Positions 1-10,717 of a stretch of 64,000 nt of DNA are shown here, piece after piece. The notes beneath the pieces were generated by a model. It made no database searches. It worked only from the letters and a program-made list of their open reading frames with translations, and had not been told where the DNA came from. Every line of letters starts with the position of its first letter. The first letter of the stretch is position 1. Source of the DNA: Rebecca billardiae RCC1528. Lineage: Eukaryota; Protista; Haptophyta. The position numbers and the translations under genes are program-made. The stretch spans positions 1,054,001 through 1,118,000 of the forward strand of contig OZ251227.1 in NCBI GenBank assembly GCA_965240325.2, written 5' to 3'.

Positions 1-474
1 CGATCGAGTCTGCAACGTGAGTCAGCGAGAGCTCGGCGATTGCCTCGTCCGCGCGCTCGAGCTTCTCCGCCTTGGGCATGTCGACGGGGAGCGTGAGGAG
101 GGAGGCGAAGGTGACGCACTCGCGCACCGACATTGTGGACGGGAGCAGGTCGTGCTGCTGGCAGTACGAGATGAGCGACGGCGGGTACGACGCGCCAAGC
201 AGCAGCGGCTCGTCGTCGACCGCGACGCGCCCCGAGCAGCGCGCGCCTCCCGGCACAATGCCCGCGAGCACGTCGAGGAAAGTGGTCTTGCCCGAGCCCG
301 AGGCGCCCATCACGCCGAGGCACTCGCCGGCGCGCGCGAGGCCGCTGACCGAAGAGAGGATCTGACGCCCGCTTGCCGCGACCACGCTCAGCTCGTCGAA
401 GGTCAGCTCGCTCACCGAGTGGGCCATGCTCGAGCCGGCGCGCGGCCCAATGCCGCCGGCGGGCGGCCCCGCGC

Positions 475-508
<34 letters not shown>

Positions 509-2584
509 GGCGGTCGTGGGCAGCATGGTGCCGCCCGCGGAGGAGGAGGCGCGCACGCGCGGCTTGCGGAGCACCAGCCAAAGAGCCGTCGGCGTGCCCA
601 CGACCACGAGCAGCGCCAGCACCGCGAGCGCGACGCTCGACGCCAGGCGCCACTCGCGCGTGCGCCTCCGCTGCACCAGCACTGCCTGGTCCACGCACTC
701 CGACACGCGGCAGTCGGCCGAGAGCGGGATGGGCAGGTCGGAGACGCTGACGACGCAGCGCGAGAGGCTGTCGTGCGGCGCGGCGCACGTGAAGCTCGCC
801 GAGCCGCCGATCGTGTCGCGCCCGAGCATCGACTTGAGCGCCTCCTTGTATGGGCCGAGGTCGCACTCGACGCGCTCGCAGTGCGCGGCGGAGGCGCCGT
901 TGGCAAAGTCGCAGCCGAGAGCGTCGCAGTGCACGGCGCCGGAGGAGAAGGGCGAGGACGTGGTGGGCGCGCCGATGATGATCTCGCACGACCCCTTCTC
1001 GCGCGGCTCCGCCGAGCACTCCACCGTGATCTGCAGCTCGGCGAACGCCTTGGGCACGTCGGCAGGCATGCACTCGTACGAGCGGCGCATCGGCTCGCGC
1101 GAGTGGAACTCAAAGTCGCCCGCGCTGCACGCGGCCGTGGCGCCGCACGCGGCGGGGGAGGCCGGGTCGCACAGCCCGCACGCCGCGCCGCCGAACCCCG
1201 CCGCGCACGCGCACTCGCACGTGCGCAGGTCGTACTGCGCGTTCGGGATGTCCAGGCACGCCGACTGCCGCTCCGCAGGGCACGACGAGCCCGAGTACGT
1301 GAAGAGCACGCGCGGCGCGCCGCAGCTCATCTCGTCGGCGAGCTCGACGACCAGCCGCTGGCCGGGGTCGCCAGGCCACAGCGTACACGCGATGGCGTCC
1401 TGCGGCTCGGGCGCGGGCGCGTGCCCGCGGAGCGCGCGTCGGCTCGGCGAGACCGCAGGGATGGCGCTCGCATCGGGCGGCGCCGCGCTCGCCGCCTCGC
1501 CGCCGTGACCGCCGCCCAAGCCTGCGGCGCCGAGCACGATCGCCTCGGCCAGAGCCTCGCTAACGGTGAGCGCACGGCGCCCATGGTGCCGCTCGTGGCG
1601 TGAGTGTCGGCCGAGGTGCCGCTCCGCCGGCGCGGCCGGCGCGGCCGGCGCGACCACCCCAACCTCCGGCCACGCCACCGCCGCCACCGCCGTCCCAGCA
1701 CCGTCTCCGCCGGCGGCGGGCGGGTGAAAGGCTTTCGATATGCTCGCGGGCGCCGGCAGCGCTTGCACATCCGAGCACTCGTGCACGTTGTCCTGCTCGT
1801 CGCGCGCCTGCACTCTGAGCGGCACGCCGTGGTCGATGAGCCGGAGGCCGCGCAGCGTGACGCGCGTCGACTCGTTCCACCTCCCGCCCGCCGGCTGGAT
1901 GGACTTGATGACCGACGAGCTGGAGGGCACCTCGGCCTGCTGCGCGACTATCTTGGCGATCAGATCGATGTGCGACTTCTTCCCCGGCAGCGACTCCGAG
2001 GTGAACGTGCCCGTGCCCGTGATGACCAGCTCGAGGTTGGGCGCGTCGCTGCAAGGCATGATCTCAGCGCGCAGGTGGAGAGGCTCGTCGGGCGACTCGA
2101 GCTGCAGCGAGTTGCCCAGCGCGGCCGCCTGGCCAGAGGTGATGCGCACGACGCCCGATCCCTCGAGCTCGCCGTCCTTTGTTGTGTTCAGCGCGCCGTC
2201 CGAGCGGAGCGCCGCCGCGACATCCGTCACGTCGATCTTGATGGCCGCCGCCTTCACGACGATGGCGCGCGGCACCATCGTGAGGTTCATCGAGATGGCG
2301 ACGCGCTCGCGCTTCCAGAAGGAATAGATGTCGCGGATGCGCCCCCAGTGCGGGCACTGGTCGCGATCCACCAGCTGGAGCCGCACCTCGCCCGACGCGG
2401 ATGGGCCGTGCGGCGCCTGCGGGAAGTCGACGTGCAGCCCCATGCCCATGATGTTGCCGCCCACGTCGACTGAGCTGGCGTCGGGGTCGATCGGAATGGT
2501 CAGGGTGCACACATCCGCTCCCGCCAATGAGCACCACGCGAAGGCGAGGAAGAGCCTCTTCGACGTGCGATCGGCGGACAACAT
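1..2584 (-). CDS. ABCG/ADP1-like ABC transporter with signal peptide, large ectodomain and Cys-rich EGF-like region (runs off the left edge)
   Basis: Not in the ORF track because it is open to the window edge; the + ORFs 17..1603 and 1604..2473 are its antisense shadow. Manual translation from ATG 2584 gives MLSADRTSKRLFLAFAWCSLAGA (signal-like), TCECACAAGFGGAACGLC (EGF-like), a TM segment, then Walker A GECLGVMGASGSGKTTFLDVLAG at ~260-330. Confidence 0.85.
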
Positions 2585-2933
2585 GCTCGCTCGTCGCCCT
2601 TGCTTGATGCCGCCACCGATTGAAAGAGCGCGCTCATCCAAAGACTGGCAGGTTACGTTTGAGGCTTTTCTGTTCCGGTCAGCCGGACGGGTTGACGCAG
2701 TAGTCAGTACTTCTGCACCGGACAGATCCATCACACGCGTGGTTGTCCACCCTGTGCTGCGCAAAAGAAACGACGAATATGACGAAATCGCGATTTCGTC
2801 ATATTCATCGGTCATATCAAGGGCTCAAGGCGGCCCGAAAGCTCGCTTTCCTCGTCGCGCGCGGTCGCATTTGCGCGCGATCTGCTGGCAGGGCCCACAC
2901 GAGGGCGCAGGCAGCCCGAGCCAGCGAGCTGCG

Positions 2934-4967
2934 ATGGGTGACGAGCCCGATTTCAAGTCTGCGATCGCCGTCTCGGCGTTCTGTGCTGGGCTCTGGGGCG
3001 CCGGCCGCGTGTGCAAGCGGTTCGGTGTGAGCACAGTGATCGGCGAGATCTTGGTGGGTGTCCTCCTTGGCCCGGCTGTGATCGACCTCGTCCCATTCTC
3101 CGACGTGTTCGAGCTGGCAGGCCTTGTGGGGGTCACGCTCATGGTCTTCGAGTCGGGGCTGCACGTCGACTTCGTGCACCTGCGCGAAGTGGGCGTGCGC
3201 GCCGGAGCGGTGGCCACGGTCGGCACGTTCCTCCCGATCGGCGCGGGCGTGGGCGCCATGCGCGCCTTCGGCTTCCCCGTGTGGCCCGTCGGGCTCGCCG
3301 TCGGCGTCGCACTCGCGCCAACATCCGTCGGGATGGCACTGCGGCTCCTGGCGGAGGCGGGCCTGCTGTCCCAGCACATCGGGCAGCTGGTCGTCGCCGC
3401 GGCCTTCTTTGACGACGTGCTGTCTCTGGTCGCGCTCACGCTGCTCCTCGAGATTGGCGACGCGATCAAGGAGGGCGTCGCGCTCGACGCGTGGAGCATC
3501 TCACGGCCGCTCGTCGAGGCGCTCGCGCTGTGCGTGCTCACCTTCGCCCTCGCCATGCCGATCGAGCGCTCGCCAACCGACGGCCCGGTGCGCCGCTACG
3601 CGTTTGGCTGGGCGGGCATCTTCCCTCGCGCCTTCTCGCACCTCTCGGCGCTCGCCGCGCGCGAGCACATCGAGAAGGCGCCGGCCGGCCCGGCGTGGCA
3701 CTCGGTGGGGAGCGACGAGTCGACGCGGCAGAGCTTGAGTGGCGGCGCCGGTCCCACGTTTGTCGACGCGCCCGAGGCGCCGCAGGAGGCGGAGGCCTCG
3801 GGCTCTCCTGACACGGCGCCGCAGCAGCAGCAAACCTTCTGGATGCGTGAGGCGCGCGCAAGCCAGGCGCACATCGCGCTCGACCGCTACGACTCGATCG
3901 AGGCGATGCTCGCGCACCTGCCCGACGCGGACGACGACCCCAACGGCCCGCTCGACCCGAGCGCGCGCGCCACCCTCGCCTTCATGTTCTGCACGCTCAC
4001 GCTGTTCTGCGCGGTCGCCGAGCACATCGGCTCGCACCTGCTGGGCGCCTTCCTCGCCGGCATGTGCTTCTCGACGCTGCACGGCGGCCTCGCGCTGTGG
4101 CACTCGCAGTGCAAGCGCATCGCCGCTTGGCTCATCCGCTTCTTCTTCGCGGCGACTGTGGGCTTCGCCGTGCCCGTGCGCGCGATGCTCTCGGCGCGCG
4201 CGCTCGGGCTGGGCGTGCTCCTCGCCCTCGGCCCCGCGTGCCTCACTAAGCTCACGTCCGGGCTGCTCGCTGGGCCGACCGAGGCGCTCATCGTTGGTGT
4301 TGCGATGCTGGGCCGCGGGGAGTTCGCGTTCCTGGTCGCCGAGACTGCGCGCTCAACGCTGCTCAACCCCGCGCCGAAGACGTTTGCGCACGAGTCGGCC
4401 CGCCTGCTGCCGAGCGGACGGGGCTACTACTGCTACGACGGCGATTGCGGCCCGGATGGGGCAAAGGCGCTTGGGATGTCCGCCGAGGCCGGTGAGACAG
4501 GCCGCGCCTACCAGGCAGCCGCGCAGTGGTGCGCGCACTGCGTGCTTGCCGAGGACGGCTCGCGGCAGTGCGACCTCGCGCCCGCGCCTGGACGGCGCTA
4601 CTGGGCCCTCGGCCCCGAGTGCGACGCGCGCCCCGCCGAGTGCGACTGCGTCGCGATGATGGACGCGGACTCGTTCGCCGTGTGCATGTGGGCGCTCGTC
4701 CTCGCGTCCGTGCTCGCACCGCTCGGCTTTGCGGCCGTCCTGCGGCGCAGACGCGCTCGAGCAAGTGCGTCCGGCCCTGTGACGCCACGGGCCGCGGCTG
4801 GTGTGCCGGGAGCTGCAGCGTCGACGGTGCAGTCCGCATCGGGCGCGCTTGGCAACGGCAGCGAGGGTGGCTCGAAGTCGACGAAGCAGGTGACGGTCGC
4901 GTCGCCGCCAGCGACATCTGTGTCGTGGCGAGGACCGTCATCAGCAACGTCCACGGAGCTGGTGTGA
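2934..4967 (+). CDS. Cation/H+ antiporter, CPA2 (KefB/NapA-like) family
   Basis: Multi-TM ORF with VIGEILVGVLLGP, LMVFESGL, APTSVG, AAFFDDVL, LLGAFLAG and MLGRGEFAFLVA motifs; likely start ATG 2934. Confidence 0.9.
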   Translation: MGDEPDFKSAIAVSAFCAGLWGAGRVCKRFGVSTVIGEILVGVLLGPAVIDLVPFSDVFELAGLVGVTLMVFESGLHVDFVHLREVGVRAGAVATVGTFLPIGAGVGAMRAFGFPVWPVGLAVGVALAPTSVGMALRLLAEAGLLSQHIGQLVVAAAFFDDVLSLVALTLLLEIGDAIKEGVALDAWSISRPLVEALALCVLTFALAMPIERSPTDGPVRRYAFGWAGIFPRAFSHLSALAAREHIEKAPAGPAWHSVGSDESTRQSLSGGAGPTFVDAPEAPQEAEASGSPDTAPQQQQTFWMREARASQAHIALDRYDSIEAMLAHLPDADDDPNGPLDPSARATLAFMFCTLTLFCAVAEHIGSHLLGAFLAGMCFSTLHGGLALWHSQCKRIAAWLIRFFFAATVGFAVPVRAMLSARALGLGVLLALGPACLTKLTSGLLAGPTEALIVGVAMLGRGEFAFLVAETARSTLLNPAPKTFAHESARLLPSGRGYYCYDGDCGPDGAKALGMSAEAGETGRAYQAAAQWCAHCVLAEDGSRQCDLAPAPGRRYWALGPECDARPAECDCVAMMDADSFAVCMWALVLASVLAPLGFAAVLRRRRARASASGPVTPRAAAGVPGAAASTVQSASGALGNGSEGGSKSTKQVTVASPPATSVSWRGPSSATSTELV

Positions 4968-5629
4968 CTCATCTGCCAATCCACTGTGATGACAATGATC
5001 GATATGTGGCATGCGCGCTGATGATGAGTCAAATGCTGATGAACTTTGGATCCCGCCGGCCTCCCGGACCCGGGGCCGGCGGCTGAGCCGGCTGACGAGT
5101 CGGACGGTCAGACGGAGTGACGGCTGATAGTGATTCGGACAGATAGTAGGTCGCGGCGGCGCAGACGGTCCACTCACCATCTATCACTTGACTCCGTCGG
5201 TCCAGGACTCGGGCGGAGGCGACGACTTGGCATCACTTCATGCACGTATTGCCCTTGGACGAGGCTCGGCGGAGCAAGGCCAAGGGCCCTTGCTCGTCGA
5301 GGAGCACAGGCCGTCTGGCCAGCAGGCTGTAGTAGACTGCTGCAACAGCGACCGTGTGTCGCGTCGTGGTTGGATGCCGTGCGTGAAGGCCGGGGCTGAC
5401 AAGTCGTCGCCCAATGACACTGCCGGAAAGCAGAGAGGACTGGACATCAGCAGTTGTCATCAGACAAGCCAGCACAGTGGAGCCCGGAGGGGCGCGCGAG
5501 GGCCCCAATGAGTACCAAGAGCGGTGCAGGATTTGAGGGCAAGCACGGTCAATTCCAATTCGGTCGCCGATGGCAACGAGCACGAGTGGTACCCATGTAT
5601 GTCGTCCCGGTCTAGGCGCTAGGGTGGGC

Positions 5630-5842
5630 TCAATCCTCCGCCATGGCCTCTAGCTGAGCACCTTTCCTCTTGTTGAGCAACCGCTGCTTCTTCTTCGAGA
5701 GGCCCCGCGCTGCAACAGATGTCTTTGCCACGATCTTCTTCATACGCTCCTTCCTCTTCGTCGAGGTTGTCTTCGGCCGCGGGAATGCCTTTGAAAACTT
5801 CGGCTTGTCCTTGTTGATCGCGCCCGACCCGCATGACACCAT
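5630..5842 (-). CDS. Small (70 aa) Lys/Arg-rich protein of unknown function
   Basis: MVSCGSGAINKDKPKFSKAF...KGAQLEAMAED. AAG-rich codon use is unlike shadow ORFs, and it is head-to-head with the next gene. Confidence 0.6.
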   Translation of the reverse strand: MVSCGSGAINKDKPKFSKAFPRPKTTSTKRKERMKKIVAKTSVAARGLSKKKQRLLNKRKGAQLEAMAED

Positions 5843-5996
5843 GGCTTGCAAAGCTGCGCGTGGACGTCACAGGGCCGCCCTCGTGCCAAGCTGTTGAGCC
5901 AGCGGGGCCAGCCCGCGCAGCGGTTCATCCGGATTCCGCAGAAGATGCTCCGGTCCGGCCGCAAAAGTGGGGGGTCGTCATCTTGCATCGGCAGCA

Positions 5997-7208
5997 ATGC
6001 CGGCCGCGTCTCCTCTCGTCATCGTCAGCATCGCACTCTCGCCGGGCTGGCCACGGGCGAATCCAGCACCGCTTCGGGTCCCTGTTCGCGCCCACCCGCC
6101 TTTGCGTCCATCTCCTGACGCCTCCATGTCCTCAGAGCCGCCTTCTCACCGCGATGGCGGCCTCGGTCTTGTGGTTCGCGGCTCCTTGTCGCGCTCGGCA
6201 AGCTTTGCAAAGGTAAACTACTTTCCACTCGGAATGATCTGCGCGGTGCTTGCCGCTCGACTCGCTCCCGGCGTCGGCATGGACAACGGACCACTCCAGC
6301 TCAAGCTTCTCGTCGGTCGCTACGGCGTCTCGCTCATCTTCTTTCTCTCGGGCCTCGGCCTCAAGCTGTCTGAGCTCACCACTGCGATGCGCTCGATGCG
6401 CACGAACGCGCTCGTGCAGGCAGTGTCATTCGGACTGTGGCCAGCGTGCACGTGGGCGGTCACTATTGGTGCCCGTGCCGTTGGCGCGCCTGTAAGCTCC
6501 GCTCTGCTCGACGGTCTCCTCGTCCTGGCGTGCCTTCCGACCACGGTGAACATGTGCGTCGTGCTCACGCAGTCTGCAGGCGGCTCCGTCGCGCTTGCGC
6601 TCACCAACGCGGTCCTCGGCAACCTCCTCGGCGTGTTCGTGACTCCACTCTTGCTGGTCTGGCTGCTCGGCAAGAGCGCGGATGTGCAGCTGGGCGGCGT
6701 CTGCGTGAAGCTCGTGCGCACCGTCCTCGTGCCAGTCGCAGCCGGCCAGGCTCTCCGCTGGAGCGCGGCGGTGCGCAGCTTTGCGGCGGCGCATAAGCGC
6801 ACAACAAAGCTTGCGTCAGAAACCGTGCTCCTGCTCATCATCTACAACACTTTCTGCAACACCTTTGGCTCGGGCGGCGTCGCCCTCACCCGGCCCGACA
6901 CTCTCGCCCTCGCCCTCGGCTTGCCGAGCGCGTACATTCTCGCAACCCTCACAGGCCTTTGGGCCCTGCGCCAGACCACGCTGCCTGAGGCTGATGCTGT
7001 GGCAGTGCTCTTCTGTGCGTCGCAGAAGACCCTGGCGTTCGGGCTGCCTCTGATTCGTCTCATGTTTGCAGGCCATCCCGACCTTGCGTTCTACTCGGCA
7101 CCCATCATGGTCCTTCACCCGCTCCAGCTGCTGGTCGGCAGCGTGATGCTTCCGGGACTCCGGCGGCGCGTGGCCGGCGACGCGGGCAGCAGTCTCAAGG
7201 CATCTTGA
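5997..7208 (+). CDS. Sodium/bile-acid symporter-like transporter (SLC10A7/RCH1/BASS4 family)
   Basis: Motifs IFFLSGLGLK, LACLPTTVNMCVVLT, GNLLGVFVTP, FCASQKTLAFGLP and HPLQLLVGS; N-terminal targeting-like extension. Confidence 0.9.
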   Translation: MPAASPLVIVSIALSPGWPRANPAPLRVPVRAHPPLRPSPDASMSSEPPSHRDGGLGLVVRGSLSRSASFAKVNYFPLGMICAVLAARLAPGVGMDNGPLQLKLLVGRYGVSLIFFLSGLGLKLSELTTAMRSMRTNALVQAVSFGLWPACTWAVTIGARAVGAPVSSALLDGLLVLACLPTTVNMCVVLTQSAGGSVALALTNAVLGNLLGVFVTPLLLVWLLGKSADVQLGGVCVKLVRTVLVPVAAGQALRWSAAVRSFAAAHKRTTKLASETVLLLIIYNTFCNTFGSGGVALTRPDTLALALGLPSAYILATLTGLWALRQTTLPEADAVAVLFCASQKTLAFGLPLIRLMFAGHPDLAFYSAPIMVLHPLQLLVGSVMLPGLRRRVAGDAGSSLKAS

Positions 7209-7473
7209 AGCCTCTTATCATCTATAAGACTTCAGCCGCTCACGATGGCAGCGGTGTGCGACGGTCTAGCGCGCAGCACTCCGCCAGCCGACAGCGGGGC
7301 TGATGAGGGCGCATCACTCACCAGCCCAGCATCGTCATCGCGCAGAGCCACGCTCCGACGGCTCCGAGCCCGGGCTCGGGATAGACTGTGAACCGTAGCC
7401 ACGGAGACGACGGAGCGGCGGAGTGAGAGGGAGGCTTCGTCAGTCGAGAGAGTCAGCAGAGCCAGATGAGTCA

Positions 7474-7522
7474 GAGAGAGCAGAGAGCAGAGAGAGAGAG
7501 AGAGAGAGAGAGAGATTGAGAG
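7474..7522. repeat. (AG)n microsatellite
   Basis: Direct reading of the gagaga run. Confidence 0.9.
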
Positions 7523-7953
7523 AAAAAGCGCTACAGTATCGAGTAGAGAGAGAGCTAGTCTGAACTAGATGACTTAGTATAGTTTATTAGTTAGCTCGTC
7601 ACGGACGGATCGAGTGCGCACCGGTTATCGCAGTAGTATGTATAAATCGTCAGAGTAACTACTCAGTATGACATGATGAGACTCGGTACGACTGGTCATC
7701 CTATAACTGCGTAGTAGCGCCAGCTGCAGCAATTTAGATTCAATTTCATCAATATATACCGGGCTGTGGTTACGAACAGGTGAATCTATCGTCGTCAGCA
7801 CCGCGAGCACGCCTTGCGGTTACTTGCGCGGCGGCGCCGCGGTGCGATTGACTATTGAGCTAGCCAGTGACATCACAGGATTCAGGGATCCATGATCAGC
7901 CATCGATCGCATCGGTTCGCATCGCCATCATGTCACACGGCCTCTGCAGCGCA

Positions 7954-10609
7954 TCAGGGTGCAGCTCCGACGTTCTTCAGTCGACGCTCGAAGCCGGGTG
8001 AAGGGAACGCTTGCACGGCCGCCTCCTTGGAATCTGGGTCACCAGCGGCGCCCGTGTAACGCGCCATGATCACGCCACCGTTGTCCAGGCCGATGAAGGC
8101 AAGCGGCTGGCTCGTGTGCACGGCCATGCTTGTCGGCTTGGGCGGCGCGCCTGCGCACTTGAGCGCCGCACTGAGCCCCTGCGCAAGCGAGAAAGCGCTG
8201 CCACCTGCGGGCACGCCGTCGGCGCTGTGGATGCACGCAGCAGGTGGGGCAGCGGGGCGCGCGCGCATGAGGGCGGGCCATCGGGCGCATAGGCGTGCAC
8301 AAGCGCGGAGCAGCTGGGCGAAGCAGGGCTGGCCAAGCGCGGCGCGCACCCTGTGATGGGGCCGAGCACGAGCAAGTGCCTCTCCGTGCAGACGAGCAGC
8401 ACGCACTCGCACCAACGGCCGTCCGCCGCGAGCCCTCCGCACGGCGCGAGTGCAGCGGCGCGGAGCTTGGGCGTTGGCGTGTGCGGCAAGTCGTCTGCCG
8501 CGGCAAAGGCGTGCGCAGGGAGCGACCACAGCTCGCTGAGCGAGGGCGGGTGGTCCTCGTTGTACTCAGGCGCGAGCGTGAAGGCCATCGCGGCGGCGGT
8601 CGTCACGACCACGAGGACGCGGTCGGCCTCGTCTCTGTGCCACTCCGCGCTGAGCACGCGCAGCGGCTCGGCTGACGCGCTGTCTGCGTGCGAGGCGAGC
8701 CGCTCCACACAGGTCGTCGGCACGACGGTGAACTTGCCGTCCGCGAATCGGTCGACGCGCATGATCTGCACGGACGTCGGCGAGACGAGCGCCATGTACA
8801 CGCTGTCGCCGCTCTCCTCGGCCGGGTCGACCGCCTCGATCGCGCAGCGCTGCACGGTGTCGCCGAGCGAGTGTGGGCTCTCCTTTGCGGCAAAAGAATA
8901 CTTGCTGTTCTCGTGCTGCATGGGGTCGTAGTCTGTCGACGAGTAGATCTGCACGACGCGCACGCATCGCGCGGTGACGAAGATCCACTGCGACCGGCCG
9001 CCGAGCGCCACGCAGAGCGCGCCCTCGGCGGGCCGCTCGATCTTCCTGCCGTACATGTGCTGATCGACCTCTTGGAGGCACGCGTTGCCCCCCACCTGGC
9101 AGAAGATGTCCTGCAGCACCGCGTGCGCAACGGCGGGGGCGGGAGGCGGGGGGCGGGTCAGACGGGCTCGGCCGACGGGCCGCCCAGCGCGTCTCGCGCC
9201 GCGCGAGCGGTACGCGCTCGCACCCGGAGGAAGCAGAGGCTCGGCCTCGTCTTCGAGCTGATGAGCGAGAAGTGCGCGCAGGTGCTGCCGTCGGAGAGCA
9301 CAAACAGGTTGCGGGTCGAGCGCGTGTACATGGCGTGCGGCCCGTCTGTGGGGGCTCGGCTCGGCGGCACCGTGCGGTGGCAGCCGAACAGCGCGGGCTG
9401 CGCGGGCAGCGAGGCGTCGGCCGAGGCCGGGCAGCGCGCGACCACCGCGCCGTGCGGCCCTCCCGCGCACCACGCGCTCCAGTTCTCCTCCCGCGCCGGG
9501 TCGCGCACGCTGTACAGCACGATCTGCCCGTCCTCGTGCTGCGCGCACACGCCCGCGCTCGCCGTGGAGCCGCGCTTCGTGGTGTACTCGGGCGGCTCGG
9601 CCAGCGCGCTGAGGAAGACCAGGTTGCGCACGCCGTGCCGCGGCACGCCCGTGAGCTCGGGCGGTGGCGGCGGGCGCACCTCGCACAGCGAAAGGCCCGG
9701 GGAATGCGCAAACGCGCCGCGCGCCGCGAGGCGCGCGCGCTTGTTCGCGCGCTCGGCAGCGCTGGGATCGGCCGCGCCGGTGGGGTCCATGCGCGCCTCG
9801 GCGGCACGGTGCTCGCCGTCGAGCGTGCAGGCCGAGAGGACCGGGCACTTGAGCGCGCTGTCCTGCAGCTCCTTGACGATGCTCCCGCCCGGCTCGACGT
9901 CCTGCCCATCCTCGAGCGCTTGCAGCTTCTTGAGGGCAACCTTGAAACTCGCCGAGCCGCACGCGAACGCGCGGCACAGAAGCTTGTGCAGCCCGTCCTG
10001 CTCGCTCACGAGCATCTTGCGCTCCTGCGCGCTCGACCTGCGCATTCGCTCCCTGTGCAGCAGGTAGTAGACGCGCAGCAGCTTGGCCTTCCCAAGGCGT
10101 TCGCCCACGGGCACATCCGCGCTCTCGATCGGCGTGATGGCGCGCGCGTCGACAAACGTGGCGAGGTACTCGAGCGCCGGCGCCGGGCCCACCGTCTCGA
10201 GCAGGTGGACAAGGTGCTTCGCGTCGAAGCACAGCACGCGCGCCACGCTGTCGATCAGTGCCTTCTGCTCCGTGTCGTCGTCGGCCAGGCGCTCGCTCCA
10301 GCTGCCAAGCGCCCTCTTCACCGACAGCTCGCTCTTCTCCTCGAGCTCGACCTCGTCCAGGGAGAGCCGCGCCCCGCGGACGGACCGATCCACGCCGAGC
10401 GCACGCAGCACCGCGTCAATCCGCTGGGCCTTCAGCTCGGAGGCGCGCGCAAACTCCTTGTTCCTGTCGTGCCACACCTTCGCCCAGATGAGCTCCTGCT
10501 TGCGCACGTGGAGCAGGCGCACGACAGAGCTCCAGACGGGAGCGCGCAGCGCGCGCGTAAGCTCCGCTGGGATCGCGGCCAATGTCGGCGTCTCGGTCTC
10601 CACCACCAT
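7954..10609 (-). CDS. Spliced gene, probable CTLH-like N-terminal helical region plus C-terminal WD40/beta-propeller (distantly TOPLESS/WDR47-like)
   Basis: Joins ORF frames 9158..10609, 8070..10232 and 7954..8529 via a GT-AG intron at 9111-9223 (phase 0) and a second intron from donor 8349 (acceptor ~8225). The family call rests only on eye-level similarity (CFDAKHLVHLLE..ALEYLATF..LRVYYLLHRER; TSMAVHTSQPLAFIGLDNGGVIM). Confidence 0.5.
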
Positions 10610-10717
10610 CCCCTCGAACGGTTGAGACTCTCTGCCGTCGACGAGAACTCGCCGCTCAGCCTCGGGCTCGGTCGGCTCGCCCGCCTCGGTCGTCAGCTCG
10701 GTCCGCGCGAGTTGAGA

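Noticed and set aside
17-2473. Long + strand ORFs 17..1603 and 1604..2473, and similar long Arg/Ala-rich ORFs throughout
   Set aside because: These are antisense or off-frame shadows of real genes caused by extreme GC content.
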